The translations under genes were made by a program, and so were the position numbers. This document shows, in pieces, positions 52,499 to 64,000 of a stretch of DNA of 64,000 nt. The notes below the pieces were generated by a model. The model was given only the letters and a program-made list of their open reading frames with translations, ran no database searches and had not been told where the DNA came from. The DNA comes from Podarcis pityusensis (Eukaryota), in the NCBI GenBank assembly GCA_964106645.2, contig OZ067048.1, one strand, 5' to 3'. Numbering within the stretch: the first letter of the stretch is position 1; each line of letters begins with the position of its first letter.

Positions 52499-54375
52499 TA
52501 TCCTGTTATCACCAGGTTGGGCATCACTTTCCTTTTGGGTGAAGACCAGAGGCAAAGTAGGTGTTGAGTAGTTCCACCTTCTCTTTGTCACCAAATAGCC
52601 ATTGTCTCCACACAATGGACCTACCACTTGTTTGCTCTTCCTCTTGCTTTGAACATAGCTGAATAAACCTTTTAAAACTATTTTTAACCTGTCTTGTAAG
52701 CCTGAGCTCATTCTGAACTTTAGCCTGCCTGACTTTCACCCTACAACTGTTGGCTACTTGTGTATACTCCTTTGTGATTTCCCCTTTCTTCCATTTCTTA
52801 CATGCGCCCTTCTTAAATCTTAGCTCATCTGTAAGCTCCATATGCAACCACACCAGCTTCCTTAGATGCCCCCCTCTTTTCTTGTTGGTATTTGGGTCTT
52901 CAATATTTCACCTTTAAGAGACTCCCATCCATCTTGGACTCCCTTCTCCCGGAGTATTTCTGGCCATGGGATCTCCCCCAGTAGCTCGTTAAGCTTTTAG
53001 AAATTGGCCTTCCAGAGTGCCTGTCTGACTACACTCGGCTTTCCCTTTCCTCTGTATCATGAAATGCAGAAGGACATGATAACTTCCACTTTGACAGTCA
53101 GTTCCTCCATGTTGATGAGGACCAGGTCTAAGATAGATGATCCTCTTGTTTCTTCCACCTTCTGGAAAATGAAATTGTCAGCAAGGCAATTGAGGATTTT
53201 TTCTGAATACAAAGTCTGGATCCAACCCCATAGTCATCTATGTATTCTGTACTCTAGGCATCTTGTATTGATATCAAAATGTCTCATAATAAGCATTGTT
53301 TTGATTAAGAAATAAAAAGACAATTCTGATACAGAGTGAGGGACTCAAGTAATCTCTCTGTCCTGCAAGACTGCATCCTTCTGCATTCTTTCAGTGCAAA
53401 ATAAATTGTAAATGTGGGTTCTTTTTCTTCCCCCCAGTTTAGTATAATACACAAATGTTTTTAGTTGAACTGTGTAATGCTTACAATACAATCTAATCAG
53501 CATACTTCTGTATAAATATTTTTTTTATCTGCTGTCATAGGCATGACAGGTTTAGTGTTTGAATTACAAGTGAACAAATCTTGCATTCCTTAATGATACT
53601 GTTTCATTTTTGCATTCCATTCATTTAATTTATGTTTTGGTGCAATGTTAGGCACTCCTCTTCCTATCATCATGAGCCATACAATTAATAAGAGAAGTGG
53701 AACGATTAATTTCCTTGCATTTACCGGTAAGTGCCATTAAAAAACAACCAGTTCTGCACAATCTTTTAAGGAACCAAAAGACAGTAATTTTTGTCGAATT
53801 TATAGGGTTTCTCCCCAGATGAAATGTGCCAGTCTGTAGCCTGGGAAACAATCAAATACATAATTTCCAATATCAGAGTGTTTCAAGAGTTATGCAAAAA
53901 ATTTTAGATTTATTGTAACGTTAGCTTTGTTCCATTTGTGGCGGACATGGGCAGAAACCTCCAGGTTAGGTTATTTCAACACATTATATGTAGGGCTGCC
54001 TTTGAAGATGCTTTGGAAACTTCAACTGGTGCAGAATTTGGCAGCCAGGTTGATCACAGGGGCAAGATGGGTTGAGCATATAATGCCAATCCTGTCCCAA
54101 CTGCACTGGCTACCAATTAGTTCCCGGGCCCAATTCCAAGTGCTGCTTTTGATTTATAAAGTCTTAAATGGCTCAGGACCACAATACCTCAAAGGCTGCC
54201 TCTTCCCATATGAACCTACTTGGACTCTGCAATCATCAACAGAGGCACTTCTTTGTGTGCCTCCTCCACAAGAGGCCCAGAGGGGAGCAACACAAGAACA
54301 GGCCTTTTCTGCGGTGGCTCCCCATTTGTGGAATGCTCTCCCCAGGGAGATTTGGCTGGTGCCTACATTATGTAC

Positions 54376-54607
54376 CCATGTGGTGTAGTGGTTAGGAGCG
54401 GTAGACTCGTAATCTGGTGAACAGGGTTCGATTCCCTGCTCTTCCTCTTGCAGCTGCTGGGTGACCTTGGGCCAGTCACACTTCTCTGAAGTCTCTCAGC
54501 CTCACCTCACAGAGTGCTTGTTGTAGGGGAGGAAGGGAAAGGAGAATGTTAGCCGCTTTGAGACTCCTTCGGGTAGTGATAAAGCGGGATATCAAATCCA
54601 AACTCTT
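54376..54607 (+). mobile_element. tRNA-derived SINE (Squam3-like)
   Basis: A-box tggtgtagtgg, B-box gggttcgattcc, 3' end aaagcgggatatcaaatccaaactctt. Confidence 0.8.
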
Positions 54608-54673
54608 ATACCTTCAGGTGCCAGGCGAAAATGTTCCTTTTCAGCCAGGCCTTTGGCTGATTGACATCTGATG

Positions 54674-54965
54674 CAGACTCTCTAAGAGTCCCTACTTTCC
54701 AGGGGTGTCCCTGATTTAAAGAAGCCATCCGATTTCTCATTTGATCCCAGAATGTCCCACTTTTCCTGACGATGTCTCTATTTTCATTGGAGAAATATTG
54801 GAGGGTATGGAGTTATCTGACCCCGAGCCGTTTGAAGGCAATCCTGTTGGAAGCTGCCCAGAGTGGCTGGGGCAACCCAGTAAGATGTGTGGGGTTATAA
54901 ATGGTAAGATTATCTTTATGGAATGGGACGTCCCTATTTTCATCAGAGAAATGTTGGAGGGTACG
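54674..54965. mobile_element. hAT-like MITE with an embedded L2-like tail
   Basis: Ends CAGACTCTCTAA / TTGGAGGGTACG, flanking CTGATGC duplication, internal direct repeats. Confidence 0.55.
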
Positions 54966-55946
54966 CTGATGCCCTTTTAAATGTGTTTGTGGTTTGTGTT
55001 TTTATTTTGTCTTTGTATTTATTATCTATTTTGTGTTTTTATCTTGTATTTTTATGTTGTGAACCACCCAGAGATCTACAGATGAAGGACATTATACAAA
55101 TTTAATAAATAAAAATGAACATTTACACAGAATGGTATTTGCAGCGACTTCCATGAGAAATGCGCTTTAATGCATACTAGGAAACATTAAAAAGCCGAGA
55201 GACCTAATAAATTTGGTGGCAATATACCCTGAAAATGGAGACTAGTGAGAGATAAATCCATCACAAAATGAATTTCAGTGCAAACTATAATCCACCGCAG
55301 CAAGTAATATCATGAAAGCTCATTCCAGTATGGTTAACTATTTAAATATAAATACATCTCTCTTAATAACAGTACATAATTTAACAGATTGGCAAGATAT
55401 TTGGGGCTAATGGCATGATTAACATACTTGTGTGTAATTGCTTGATGACTCCCAGGTGAATGTATTCTACTTCATCTCAATTAAAAGTGAAATAGAAGGA
55501 AGTGACCTGAAAGCTCTGTCTGTGCTGCAGATTAGTGACACCAGCCATCAAATTAGGAACATGCATGTATGAATTGGAACTTTTGCCTGACCTGTTTCTT
55601 TTACATTTGTATCATAGCTGGATGAATGGGATGACTTTTGCCTCATGTGGAACAACCCAAAAGATAGAGCCATAGAGTGACACCCACAAGTAAGGCTTCT
55701 CTCCTCTCCTCCAGGCTGCCCCGGAGGGTTGGGGGGCCTCCTGGAGCAGATTGGAGGGCCCAGGAAGCAGCAGGAAGGAGAGGAATGGGTGTTCCTGTCA
55801 TGTCTGTTGGTGCCATATCAAGTCATGGCCACGGTTATGTAGGGGCTGCATAAGAGCAACGCATTATCTAATCTAAACCCCAGTATTCCCAACAAAACAG
55901 TGAAAACAAAGAACACAGGCTATGGGTGGGGAAGCTAAACCTTATA

Positions 55947-56188
55947 CAGTGGTACCTCGGGTTAAGTACTTAATTCGTTCTGGAGGTCTGTTCTTAACCT
56001 GAAACTGTTCTTAACCTGAAGCACCACTTTAGCTAATGGGGCCTCCCGCTGCCGCTGCGCCCCCGGAGCACGATTTGTGTTCTCATCCTGAAGCAAAGTT
56101 CTTAACCCGAGGTACTATTTCTGGGTTAGCGGAGTCTGTAACCTGAAGCGTCTGTAACCTGAAGCGTATGTAACCCGAGGTACCACTG
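55947..56188. mobile_element. Same MITE family, downstream of the PCSK5 stop (probable 3'UTR)
   Basis: Perfect 18-bp TIR CAGTGGTACCTCGGGTTA with TA TSD. Confidence 0.88.
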
Positions 56189-56893
56189 TATTGCATTGGA
56201 GCATGCATATTTATTGGATGGAATTCAATGTTGTGCTATGTTGAATGTCCCATCTGCAGAAGCATATCAGCTTGCCAGATGGAATGATTCCTCCTTCCCC
56301 ACTGTTCTGGGTATTCTCCCGAGCACAACAGGGAATTTCAGGGGACAATGGGGTTGCCAGTCTGCCAGTTGCATATGGAGCTCTGAACCATTGTAACCCA
56401 TTCCAACTCTTTTTAGCATTGTGTCACACAAAATAAGTAGACTAACAGTGAAGTGAATAAAGATATGTCAAATTAAGAAGACACCAAGTCATTTTGTTCC
56501 ATGCTTAGAGTGGTGGTCTTCTTCATTAAAGAGGACTATAAGTTGGACATTCAGCTCAGGTGTTTCGTGTACTAGAAATGTATCATGAGCCTTAGGGACA
56601 ATATAATATAATAATAAGAGAACAGGAGGAAGCAATTATATTCAAACTATATTTGAAAAAATTCTGTGTGGATATAGACAGCCATTTACCAAGGTGCTAA
56701 TTTAGGGTAGTATACACATAATTACTTGATAAGCTGAATGCCATCTCCTCCTTCAAAGCAGTAAGTATTCCACATCCACCCACACTCACATACAATGGTT
56801 GCAAATATATCTATTGTAAATGGCTGTCTGTATCATTCAGGTGAGATTCTGAGTGTGCAGGAAAGACAAAGTGACACATAATCTAACTAAAGG

Positions 56894-57306
56894 TTATCTA
56901 AAGGAGTAACTTTCATCATCATACTCCAGTTCATCTACTTCATCATCTTCTAGAAGTCCATATTTAAATTTGCGATAGACTGTGCCATCTTGGCCCATAT
57001 AAACAATATCATCGTCATCATCGTCATCATCATCTTCATCCCGGTCCTTGTATTCAATCACTTGATCTTCATAATAACTGGTGCCCTGGTAGTGGTTGCT
57101 TTTGAGAGAGGCAAGTGCCTTTGCATTATCTCCCAGCTTTTCATATCCACCTTGCTTTACTGGCTTGGGCTTGGCCCGTGATCTTCTCCATATGAAAACA
57201 GGAGCTCCAATGGCAAGGAGCAACAAAATGAGTACGGCAATAACCAAAGCTGCAGCTTTGCCTTTCAGTCCCTCTGGCAAGTTAGCGATGCGTAATATAC
57301 ATTCAT
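56894..57306 (-). CDS. PCSK5: PCSK5 long isoform (PC5B/PC6B) terminal exon: TM helix and cytosolic tail
   Basis: gtttttcAG acceptor at 57308/57307. Encodes DECILR..., TM AAALVIAVLILLLLAIGAPVFIW, YEKL, and acidic clusters DEDDDDDDDDD-IVYMGQDGTVYRKFKYGLL-EDDEVDELEYDDESYSFR*. Confidence 0.95.
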
Positions 57307-57684
57307 CTGAAAAACAAAGCCTTCATATATATACACATATATACACACAAGCACATATGCATGCACGTGCGTTTTTAAAAGTGGAAACAAATTTTAGGAT
57401 AAGGATGAAGAAGCTTTTCCACCCAGTTTTGAATTCATCACTAACAACTGATTTGTTCATGCACACAAAGATATAAACATGAATTTCTCTCTTCACACTC
57501 ACACAAGGCCACCACTGCCAATACTAGTTTTGGTTACAATCGTAACCCTGCTTGCTTGGGAGTAATCCCTAACTCAATAGGACTTAATTTTGTGTAGGCA
57601 TAGTTAGGAACAAACGACACTAGAGAATCAGCAGGTGAATTCCCATTGATAAAACACCTGAAGAAATTTTGAGGTGTATTTATA

Positions 57685-58346
57685 TTTTTTTTTTCATGCA
57701 TAATTTTTATTAATTTGCATAATACAAAATACAAAAAACAAAATATAAAAGTTCGATTCTCATTTTCACAGGTTTTTAAGTATGACTTCCTTCAACCTTT
57801 CCACAAATCATCCGTAATAATCTTTTATAAAAGTTCGCATTTCTTAATTTGTAATGCCATTAATCATTCTAGTTCTTCCATTTCTCTTTAGACAATACTC
57901 TTTTCTTTTTACAGAGCTCCTTTAAAGCCCACTAGCGTTATCTGTCCATCACTTAAATTTTCCAGATATTTCGTAAAACTTTCCCAATCCTTAATGAACC
58001 TCTGGTCTTTTGAATATCTAATTTTCCCTGTCATCTTATCCATCTCCGCATAATCTAATAGTTTTGCTCTCCATTCCTCAATTGTCGGTAGGCCCTCTGA
58101 TTTCCAATTTTGAGCTAATAAGACTCTTGCTGCCGTTGTTGCATACTGGAACAGCTTGTGATCTTTCTTTTTTATCTCCCTTCCTACCAATCCCAACAGA
58201 AAAGCCTCGGGTTTTTTAACAAAAGTATATCTTAGAATTTTCTTCATTTCGTTATATACACTCTCCCAGAACCCTTTAACCTTTTGGCATTCCCACCACA
58301 TATGGTAGAAGGTCCCCTCCCTTTCCTTGCACTTCCAGCATTTATT
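57685..58346 (-). mobile_element. 5'-truncated L1 (ORF2 C-terminus with zinc knuckle, 3'UTR, polyA)
   Basis: CWKC...YHMWWEC CCHC motif, frame open to the stop at 57909, 22-bp TSD GAAATTTTGAGGTGTATTTATA (57663-57684 and 58347-58368). Confidence 0.93.
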
Positions 58347-58647
58347 GAAATTTTGAGGTGTATTTATAGTGTCTGCTGCTAATCCTCTGTGACACAAAGC
58401 TTTGTCCATTAACAAAGAGAACCAGTAGGGCACAGGAGTATTGTGTTACGACCAATGCATGTAATAGATGCACCTCTAAGGTGGTAAATCTGGATTTTAC
58501 CACTGCAGTCTGCTGATTTAATTTCACACTGCAATTCTTCACAGGACTTGGATACAGGAGGGGGAGCAGGAAGGAAGAGAAGAAGGAGAAGCTACTGTGT
58601 ACAAGACCATTAAACATTTCCCATCAACCCTTTCTGCTCATTATTAC

Positions 58648-58834
58648 CTTGCGTTTTACTGCAGTCACAGCACTCCTGAGTTTGCACAAGTTCAGAACTC
58701 TTACAGCATGGCACACAACGATTTTCATCCAGGTAGATCTCCATGTTAAGATGGCATTCTGTACAGTTGAAGGGACCAGGCCCCTTACACTGCATGCAAG
58801 TGTCATGACATTTTTCACATCTTGCTGGGTGCTC
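58648..58834 (-). CDS. PCSK5: PCSK5 furin-like Cys-rich exon (EHPARCEKCHDTC...ECCDCSKTQ)
   Basis: AG/GT boundaries, 187 nt, phases consistent with neighbouring exons. Confidence 0.93.
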
Positions 58835-59662
58835 CTTAAAGTCAGAAACACAGGAAGAAACTTTGACTTTGACTCTATAAGGTGAAACCTACCATACAAT
58901 ATGAAACTGTCTGGTCCCAAACAAAAAGTGTACATGCACCAGGCCAGGTGGCTTTCCTATAGCCCTTTTTAAAAAGCCAGAATCCTGCTGATAAAGCTGT
59001 TTAGCTAGGAAGAAGGAGCAGGGAGGACTAAATGCAGCTATTGAATAGCCAATCAGAAATATTTCACCTTTAAAAAATCTGCATGTGTGTAGTTCTGCCT
59101 GTTGCATGGGCTAGGGAATCATGCACACTGTACCTATTTGTCCAGTTCTTTATCCAGTTCCTTATTCCTTGCAATGCCATCTTGACTGCGAGTCCTGCAA
59201 GACCTGCTCCTGCCTTTTTCCATTTGGCTTGGAAGAGCAGAGCCCTGACTGACTCCAGCTACAAAGGTGAAGCTGCTGAACAGACACTTGGGCTGCGGTG
59301 TTGTTTAGGGTTCTTTTTTGGGGTGGGGGTTGTTGTTGCTGTTTTTTGTATCTTTATTTTTGAACTTGTGATTTATGTGGAAATTGTTCAGTTTGGTTGT
59401 GTATTTTTTAATGTTTTGTTTATTGTATATTACTACTTTTGTTACATTGTAGTTATGTGTGTTTTTCATGTTGTAAGCTGCTTTGAGCATGGTTTGAACT
59501 GTGACAAGGCAGCATACAAATAAAATTATGTATGTATGTATGTATGTACCTGTGCAGAAGCTTATTTACATGCATGTGCTGCATGTAGCTGGATCAGGGC
59601 CCCTGATAACCTTGGGAAGCTGGACCATGGGATCAGGCTAGAGATAACTGTTCTTATTTGTT

Positions 59663-59772
59663 ATCACAGAATCACAGAGCTGGAAGGAACCCTGCAATGC
59701 AGGAATCTTTTTGCCCAACATGGGGCTCGATCCCTTAACCCTGAGATTAAGAGTCCCATGCTCTACCAACTG
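59663..59772 (-). mobile_element. tRNA-Lys(CTT)-derived SINE with CR1-type 3' tail
   Basis: 59712-59772 matches the reverse complement of vertebrate tRNA-Lys-CTT lacking its 5' end, fused to gattctgtgat. Approximate TSD ttatt(t)tgtt. Confidence 0.75.
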
Positions 59773-60207
59773 TTATTTTGTTTCAGCATGCAAAGATTTG
59801 GCCAGCAAGTTCTGCTTGTTTAGTGACACAAAGATCTCTTTGCTGTGCTTCTGTCTACCTTAATCATGGTCTTCTCACAATGGGTTGTAGATAGCCAACT
59901 AAGTCATACTTAGATATTTTCTAGAAGCACCATTGATGCAGCAAGTCCTTTTATCTGTATTACAGGATTGTACTCTGTTCTTAAATCTAATCTTGCTCCT
60001 CCATTAGTTGCTTCATATATGAGAATAAGCGAGTAGGAAAAAAATATGACAGCGCAATGGGTGCTGGTAATAATTTGTAACAAGGAGAGAACGGGAAGTT
60101 AATGTATGGATCGCTTGGTGAAATGTTTCACAATCACTAGTTTAATGTAACAATGCCAGTGAAGGGGTGTGTGTCTGTTTTTCTTTGTCGGTTGGTGTAT
60201 GAAGTAC

Positions 60208-60308
60208 CTCTGAGGTTTTGTATTCTCCTAGCAAGCATTCTGAGTTGCAGATTCCAGCAGCGAAATGGTAGCTCCATACACAGGATGTGCAGAAGAGGGG
60301 TCCTTTCC
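60208..60308 (-). CDS. PCSK5: PCSK5 Cys-rich exon (GKGPLFCTSCVWSYHFAAGICNSECLLGEYKTSE)
   Basis: ttgttttaAG acceptor, GAG|GTACTT donor, 101 nt, phase 1 to 0. Confidence 0.9.
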
Positions 60309-60734
60309 CTTAAAACAACAAATAAAATCACTTAAAAAAGGTAAGTAATAGAAAATCACCCAACTTGTAGTTCAGTAGTCTTCAGTCTTTGCAGTCCTTT
60401 AGGCCAAACAGATAATCGGGAGCTCATTTCATCTTATTATTTTGTAAGCTGGTGCTGCGCTTGGTGCTGCACCTTAGATCAGGCAGCAACACAGTAGTGT
60501 GTCCCGACTCACCAGTTGAAGACCAGTGGTTTTTCATTTAATTAACAAAGTAAATAGAGTAAAATAAGCAGGTTGCAGTGTTTGATCCCTAAAAGCTTAA
60601 GCTGATTTTGAAACAAAACCATTCTAGAGGTATCTTGTCTAGGCTCCAGTTAAATAATTCAACTATTACAATATCAGTTTCAGACACCCCCCCTTCCCCT
60701 CCATAATTACACCTGGGGAATTGTGGTTGTCTTA

Positions 60735-61690
60735 TCAGCCAGCCCTCGGGTCTGCAGCTGCTGAATGCCAGGTTAGCTCTGAGAAAGACTTCCCTCATCC
60801 ATGGTCTGATTGTGGGTGAAGAGGCCAGTCTGACCTGTATCACTGAAACCTGGGTGGGTGAGCAGGGTGGAGTTGGTCTCACCCAGCTGTACCTATCTGG
60901 GTACTATTATCAGGGCAGACCTGAGGGCCAGGGAGGGGGAGTTGCTGTGCTCCGTAGAAATCCCCCCCCCTCCCAGGCTCTCTGTCCACTTGCAGGGGAA
61001 TCTAGTGTGTGTGTTCCTGGCTTTGGGCAATCAGGATACATTAGCGATTCTGCTGCTGACAGAGCTGGTCTCAGAGGCAGTGCTGAGGACCCCCAGACTG
61101 ATAGTTTTGGGGTGCTTCAACTTCCATGCCGACATTGCCAAGGCAACTGGTCCTGGGGTGGCTGAGGACTTAATGGTTGCCGCAGTGACCATCGGGCTGC
61201 CCCAACATGTCATCAGCCCATGTGACAGGCCACACTCTGCCCTTGTTTTCTTAGTTAGGCAGGAAGAGGGTGATCTGAAAGTGGAGGAACTTGACATCAG
61301 TCCCTTGTGGTGGTCAGATCACTTTCTGTTGAGATTTAGGCTTTCAGCACCTTTCCCCCTCTACAGAGGCAGGGGACCTACTAGGGACCTACTAGGATGG
61401 TTCAGCCTTGGAAGCTGATGGATCCAATGGGTTTCCAGATGGCTCTGGGGAATTTTCTGGTGAAGCCCCATCTGACCTCTGATGGATGACACTATCATCC
61501 CTGAGCTCCCCCTCCTGCTTCGTGGAGCCTGTTTGGTATACTTCAGAGCTTAGACGAGGAAACAAGCTGAGAGACATATCAAATGCAAGTGAAAGAAAAC
61601 TCCAGTTAAATGCAATAGAACACTGGTGAGGGCTCATCATTGAGCCTACCTAGTGGCAGTGAAGGCAGCAAAGAAGAAAAAGACTTTGTG
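60735..61690 (+). mobile_element. Degraded L2/CR1-clade APE endonuclease fragment in a PCSK5 intron
   Basis: LLNAR, CITETW, GGGVAV, LGCFNFH and WSDHFLL motifs with frameshifts. Confidence 0.8.
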
Positions 61691-61720
61691 AATGCAGAAG
61701 CATATAGTGTGGTATCTTAC

Positions 61721-61938
61721 CATTGCAAGTACGGCAGGTTGGATGGCACCGCTCACAGCTGCCTGCATCACGATCAGCATAGTAATTTTCAGGACAGGAA
61801 ATGTGACATTCATTTTTGTAGTGAAGCAGGAATAAATCTTTATCACAGGACAGACAGTCTGTAGATTCTGGTCCCATACACTTCTTGCAACTTTTGTGAC
61901 ACCTCTCACAAGAGCCAGTAGAATTGTCTGCATAGTAC
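61721..61938 (-). CDS. PCSK5: PCSK5 Cys-rich exon (YYADNSTGSCERCHKSCKKC...CHPTCRTCN)
   Basis: gtttcAG acceptor, ATG|GTAAGA donor, 218 nt, furin-like repeats. Confidence 0.94.
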
Positions 61939-62462
61939 CTGAAACAGACAAACAAAGCACACAAGGATTCTAGAGAAGGGTAATGTCTCTTGATTCTCTT
62001 TGCATTTTGAAAATCTGAATTGTTAACAGATGCTGGGTGTTTGTGCTTTGTAATAGCCATGAAGTTCTAACATGAAAATGAGTGAAAGGGGAATCTCGCA
62101 AAAGAAAAAGGGAGTGTGTGTTTGGTATTATTGCTATGCACCTTGATCATTTTGGCAAGGATCGCTCATAAATTTAGTCTCACTATCTTGGCATTCACTG
62201 TTATGCTACAGCCAGCAGTTCTGAAAGAGTTCCAACTTATAAACTAAACCTTCTTTTCGGGGAGTTGCAATATTAGTAAATATTGGTAAAAATATCTTCC
62301 CCTTTCCTCTTGGGTGTTAGTTGATAGGAACATTAACGATCATTTAGATTCAGTATGCCAGAACATCCTCAGGCTACACTCCTCAATTCTAAGGGAATTA
62401 TGTTACAGTTTAGCATAGCTCCTATCCAATAGAGCTTTTTAACTTGAGACCTAATGTCTTAC

Positions 62463-62640
62463 CCAGTTGTACAAATTGATACACATCCCTTTTCTTGCTT
62501 GTACCAGCCTGGTGGGCAGGACAGGCACTGTCTGCTGTGCTTCCCATTGCAAGTCTCACAAGTCCTGTGGCAAGTGTGGCATTGGCCTTCATCCCTGTCC
62601 ATATAATATCCATCTGGACAGACTTCAACACAGGTTCCAT
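62463..62640 (-). CDS. PCSK5: PCSK5 Cys-rich exon (GTCVEVCPDGYY...CVSICTT)
   Basis: ctctgcAG acceptor, TGG|GTAAGA donor, 178 nt. Confidence 0.94.
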
Positions 62641-63136
62641 CTGCAGAGAGAACAGCACCAAATTACAGACAGGCAGCATTCCCTTTTTGCACTGCAATAA
62701 GAAACATCAACTCAGCTGTGCTTGGGGATACTGAAAGAGTCTTACAAAAACCAATTCTTTCTCATTTTCACTTGTAACTCAGGAAAAGGTTATGGAAATC
62801 CTATGGCGGAGTTGCCAGGCACTATCACATGAATGTCAGTGGCAAGCTGGTGTTAAGGTGCAAGGAGTAACTGGTTTGGAAAAGTCAGTTGCCTAGATAA
62901 ACTCTACTGGAAGATTCCCATTAGCAGAAGGTTTGAGACTCTCATGATCTGATCCAGAGCACTTGCCCACTTTGCATGTTTCCCAATCTCCTTGAATTGA
63001 TTAGACAGCTCTGTGCAAGTTGCTTACTTTTGTGTTTACGTGATTTGAGTCATTCACAGAATAACTTAAATACAGAAGACAAAGAAACAGAAGATGACAA
63101 AGAAGGATACAACCTTGGGAAAGGGGCAATGCTTAC

Positions 63137-63367
63137 TGAGAAGAAGCATATCTTGGGGACAGCTGAAACACTGATCTTCGGCAGGGCCTGTACATTCCAA
63201 ACACTTCCTGTGACAAGGCCTGCATGCTCTGGTATATCCATCATAGAACTCAGTGCTGGAACAGCCTTGGGGCATCTCACACAGGCCTGAAGTAGTCATC
63301 AACAGACCTTCTGCACAGGTAAGGCAGCCAGTGGAAGAAGAACAGGTCTGACATGTCCTGTCACAGT
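63137..63367 (-). CDS. PCSK5: PCSK5 Cys-rich exon (CDRTCQTC...CFSCPQDMLLL)
   Basis: atttcAG acceptor, TCA|GTAAGC donor, 231 nt. Confidence 0.94.
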
Positions 63368-63904
63368 CTGAAATGTGAAGAATCACAACTATTTGTTCAA
63401 GGCTCTTACAAGTCCCAGATGGCTACCTGGCTCCTTTTAGTCTATTTATACAGTTAACTGTCAATCTCTAGCTTTACCTATTGCAACTGTTTTTGCATCC
63501 ATATCTGTCCTTTTCATAGAATGCATGCTGTACCAGGGATCACGTTACATTTATTCCCACTGCACTGGGTGGGCACTGTACTAAGAACAGGCACCCACAG
63601 CCAACACAGAATTAACACCAACTGATTGATAGGTGGTTGTGGTTTTGGGGGAAATTGCTTTAGGGACCAAATTGGACACCACCGGGGGTCCATAAGTCAA
63701 GCAATCCCCACCTCTGGGGTAAACTTGCCTATAAGAAGTGTGTGCACATGTGTGTGTGTGGGGGGGGGACGGGGACGATGACGACAAATAAGCCTCTAAT
63801 TAGTTAAATTGTTGCATCCATACCAGTGGAACATCGATGTCTTCTGGCAGGGAATTACTGATCAAAATGACTTCTGACCTCTGCCTCTGAATTGAAAAAC
63901 ATAC

Positions 63905-64000
63905 CTTTACAGATGTCAGTCTCTTCTTCATTATAAGTGCCATCTGGACAATTTGAAAAACATTCACCATTGTATAGATAAAAGGAACAATCAGTGCAGT
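63905..64000 (-). CDS. PCSK5: PCSK5 Cys-rich exon, partial (CTDCSFYLYNGECFSNCPDGTYNEEETDICK)
   Basis: AAG|GTATGT donor at 63905/63904. The exon runs off the window end. Confidence 0.9.

Larger units (their letters stand above)
50570..53210 (-). mobile_element. CR1 LINE remnant (3' end plus ORF2 EN-RT linker), internally deleted and split by a DNA transposon
   Basis: KWKKGEITKEY..CRVKVRQAKVQNELRL, KGLFSYVQSKRK, EKVELLNTYFAS. The 3' part resembles the CR1 end at 20483-20718. Confidence 0.85.
53950..55115 (+). mobile_element. L2 LINE 3' fragment hosting a nested SINE and MITE
   Basis: TSRLGYFNTLYVGLP...LHWLPI...AFSAVAPHLWNALP. Resumes after the SINE at ~54610 and ends in aataaataaaa. Confidence 0.85.

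Noticed and set aside
59712-59772. Functional tRNA-Lys gene
   Set aside because: The 5' acceptor strand is missing, the T and variable arms carry substitutions, and it is fused to a CR1 tail.

Overview
Vertebrate genomic DNA, most likely a squamate and probably a lacertid lizard (inferred from Sauria/Squam SINEs, young L2/CR1/L1 copies and abundant MITEs). It contains three protein-coding genes in the order known from human 9q21: GCNT1 (- strand, single coding exon 9017-10297, CpG-island promoter near 26.6-27.3 kb), RFK (+ strand, 4 exons, 39924-44535, 156 aa) and the last 7 exons of the long membrane-anchored PCSK5 isoform (PC5B/PC6B, - strand, 56894 to beyond 64000). The rest is intronic, UTR or intergenic sequence rich in transposable elements. 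The strongest candidates for something undescribed are four TE structures: (1) a ~450-bp fold-back element with 176-bp arms flanked by a 13-15-bp direct repeat (31956-32644); (2) a full-length, non-coding, TSD-flanked 1.75-kb L1-dependent element (22575-24324); (3) a Tc1/mariner-type non-autonomous element filled with GC-rich hairpin minisatellites (50966-52498); (4) a Sauria SINE with twin-priming-like 5' inversion geometry (69-398). A sense-oriented L1 with its own polyA signal also sits just upstream of the PCSK5 transmembrane exon. All coordinates were counted by hand, family names are from memory, and no database searches were run.
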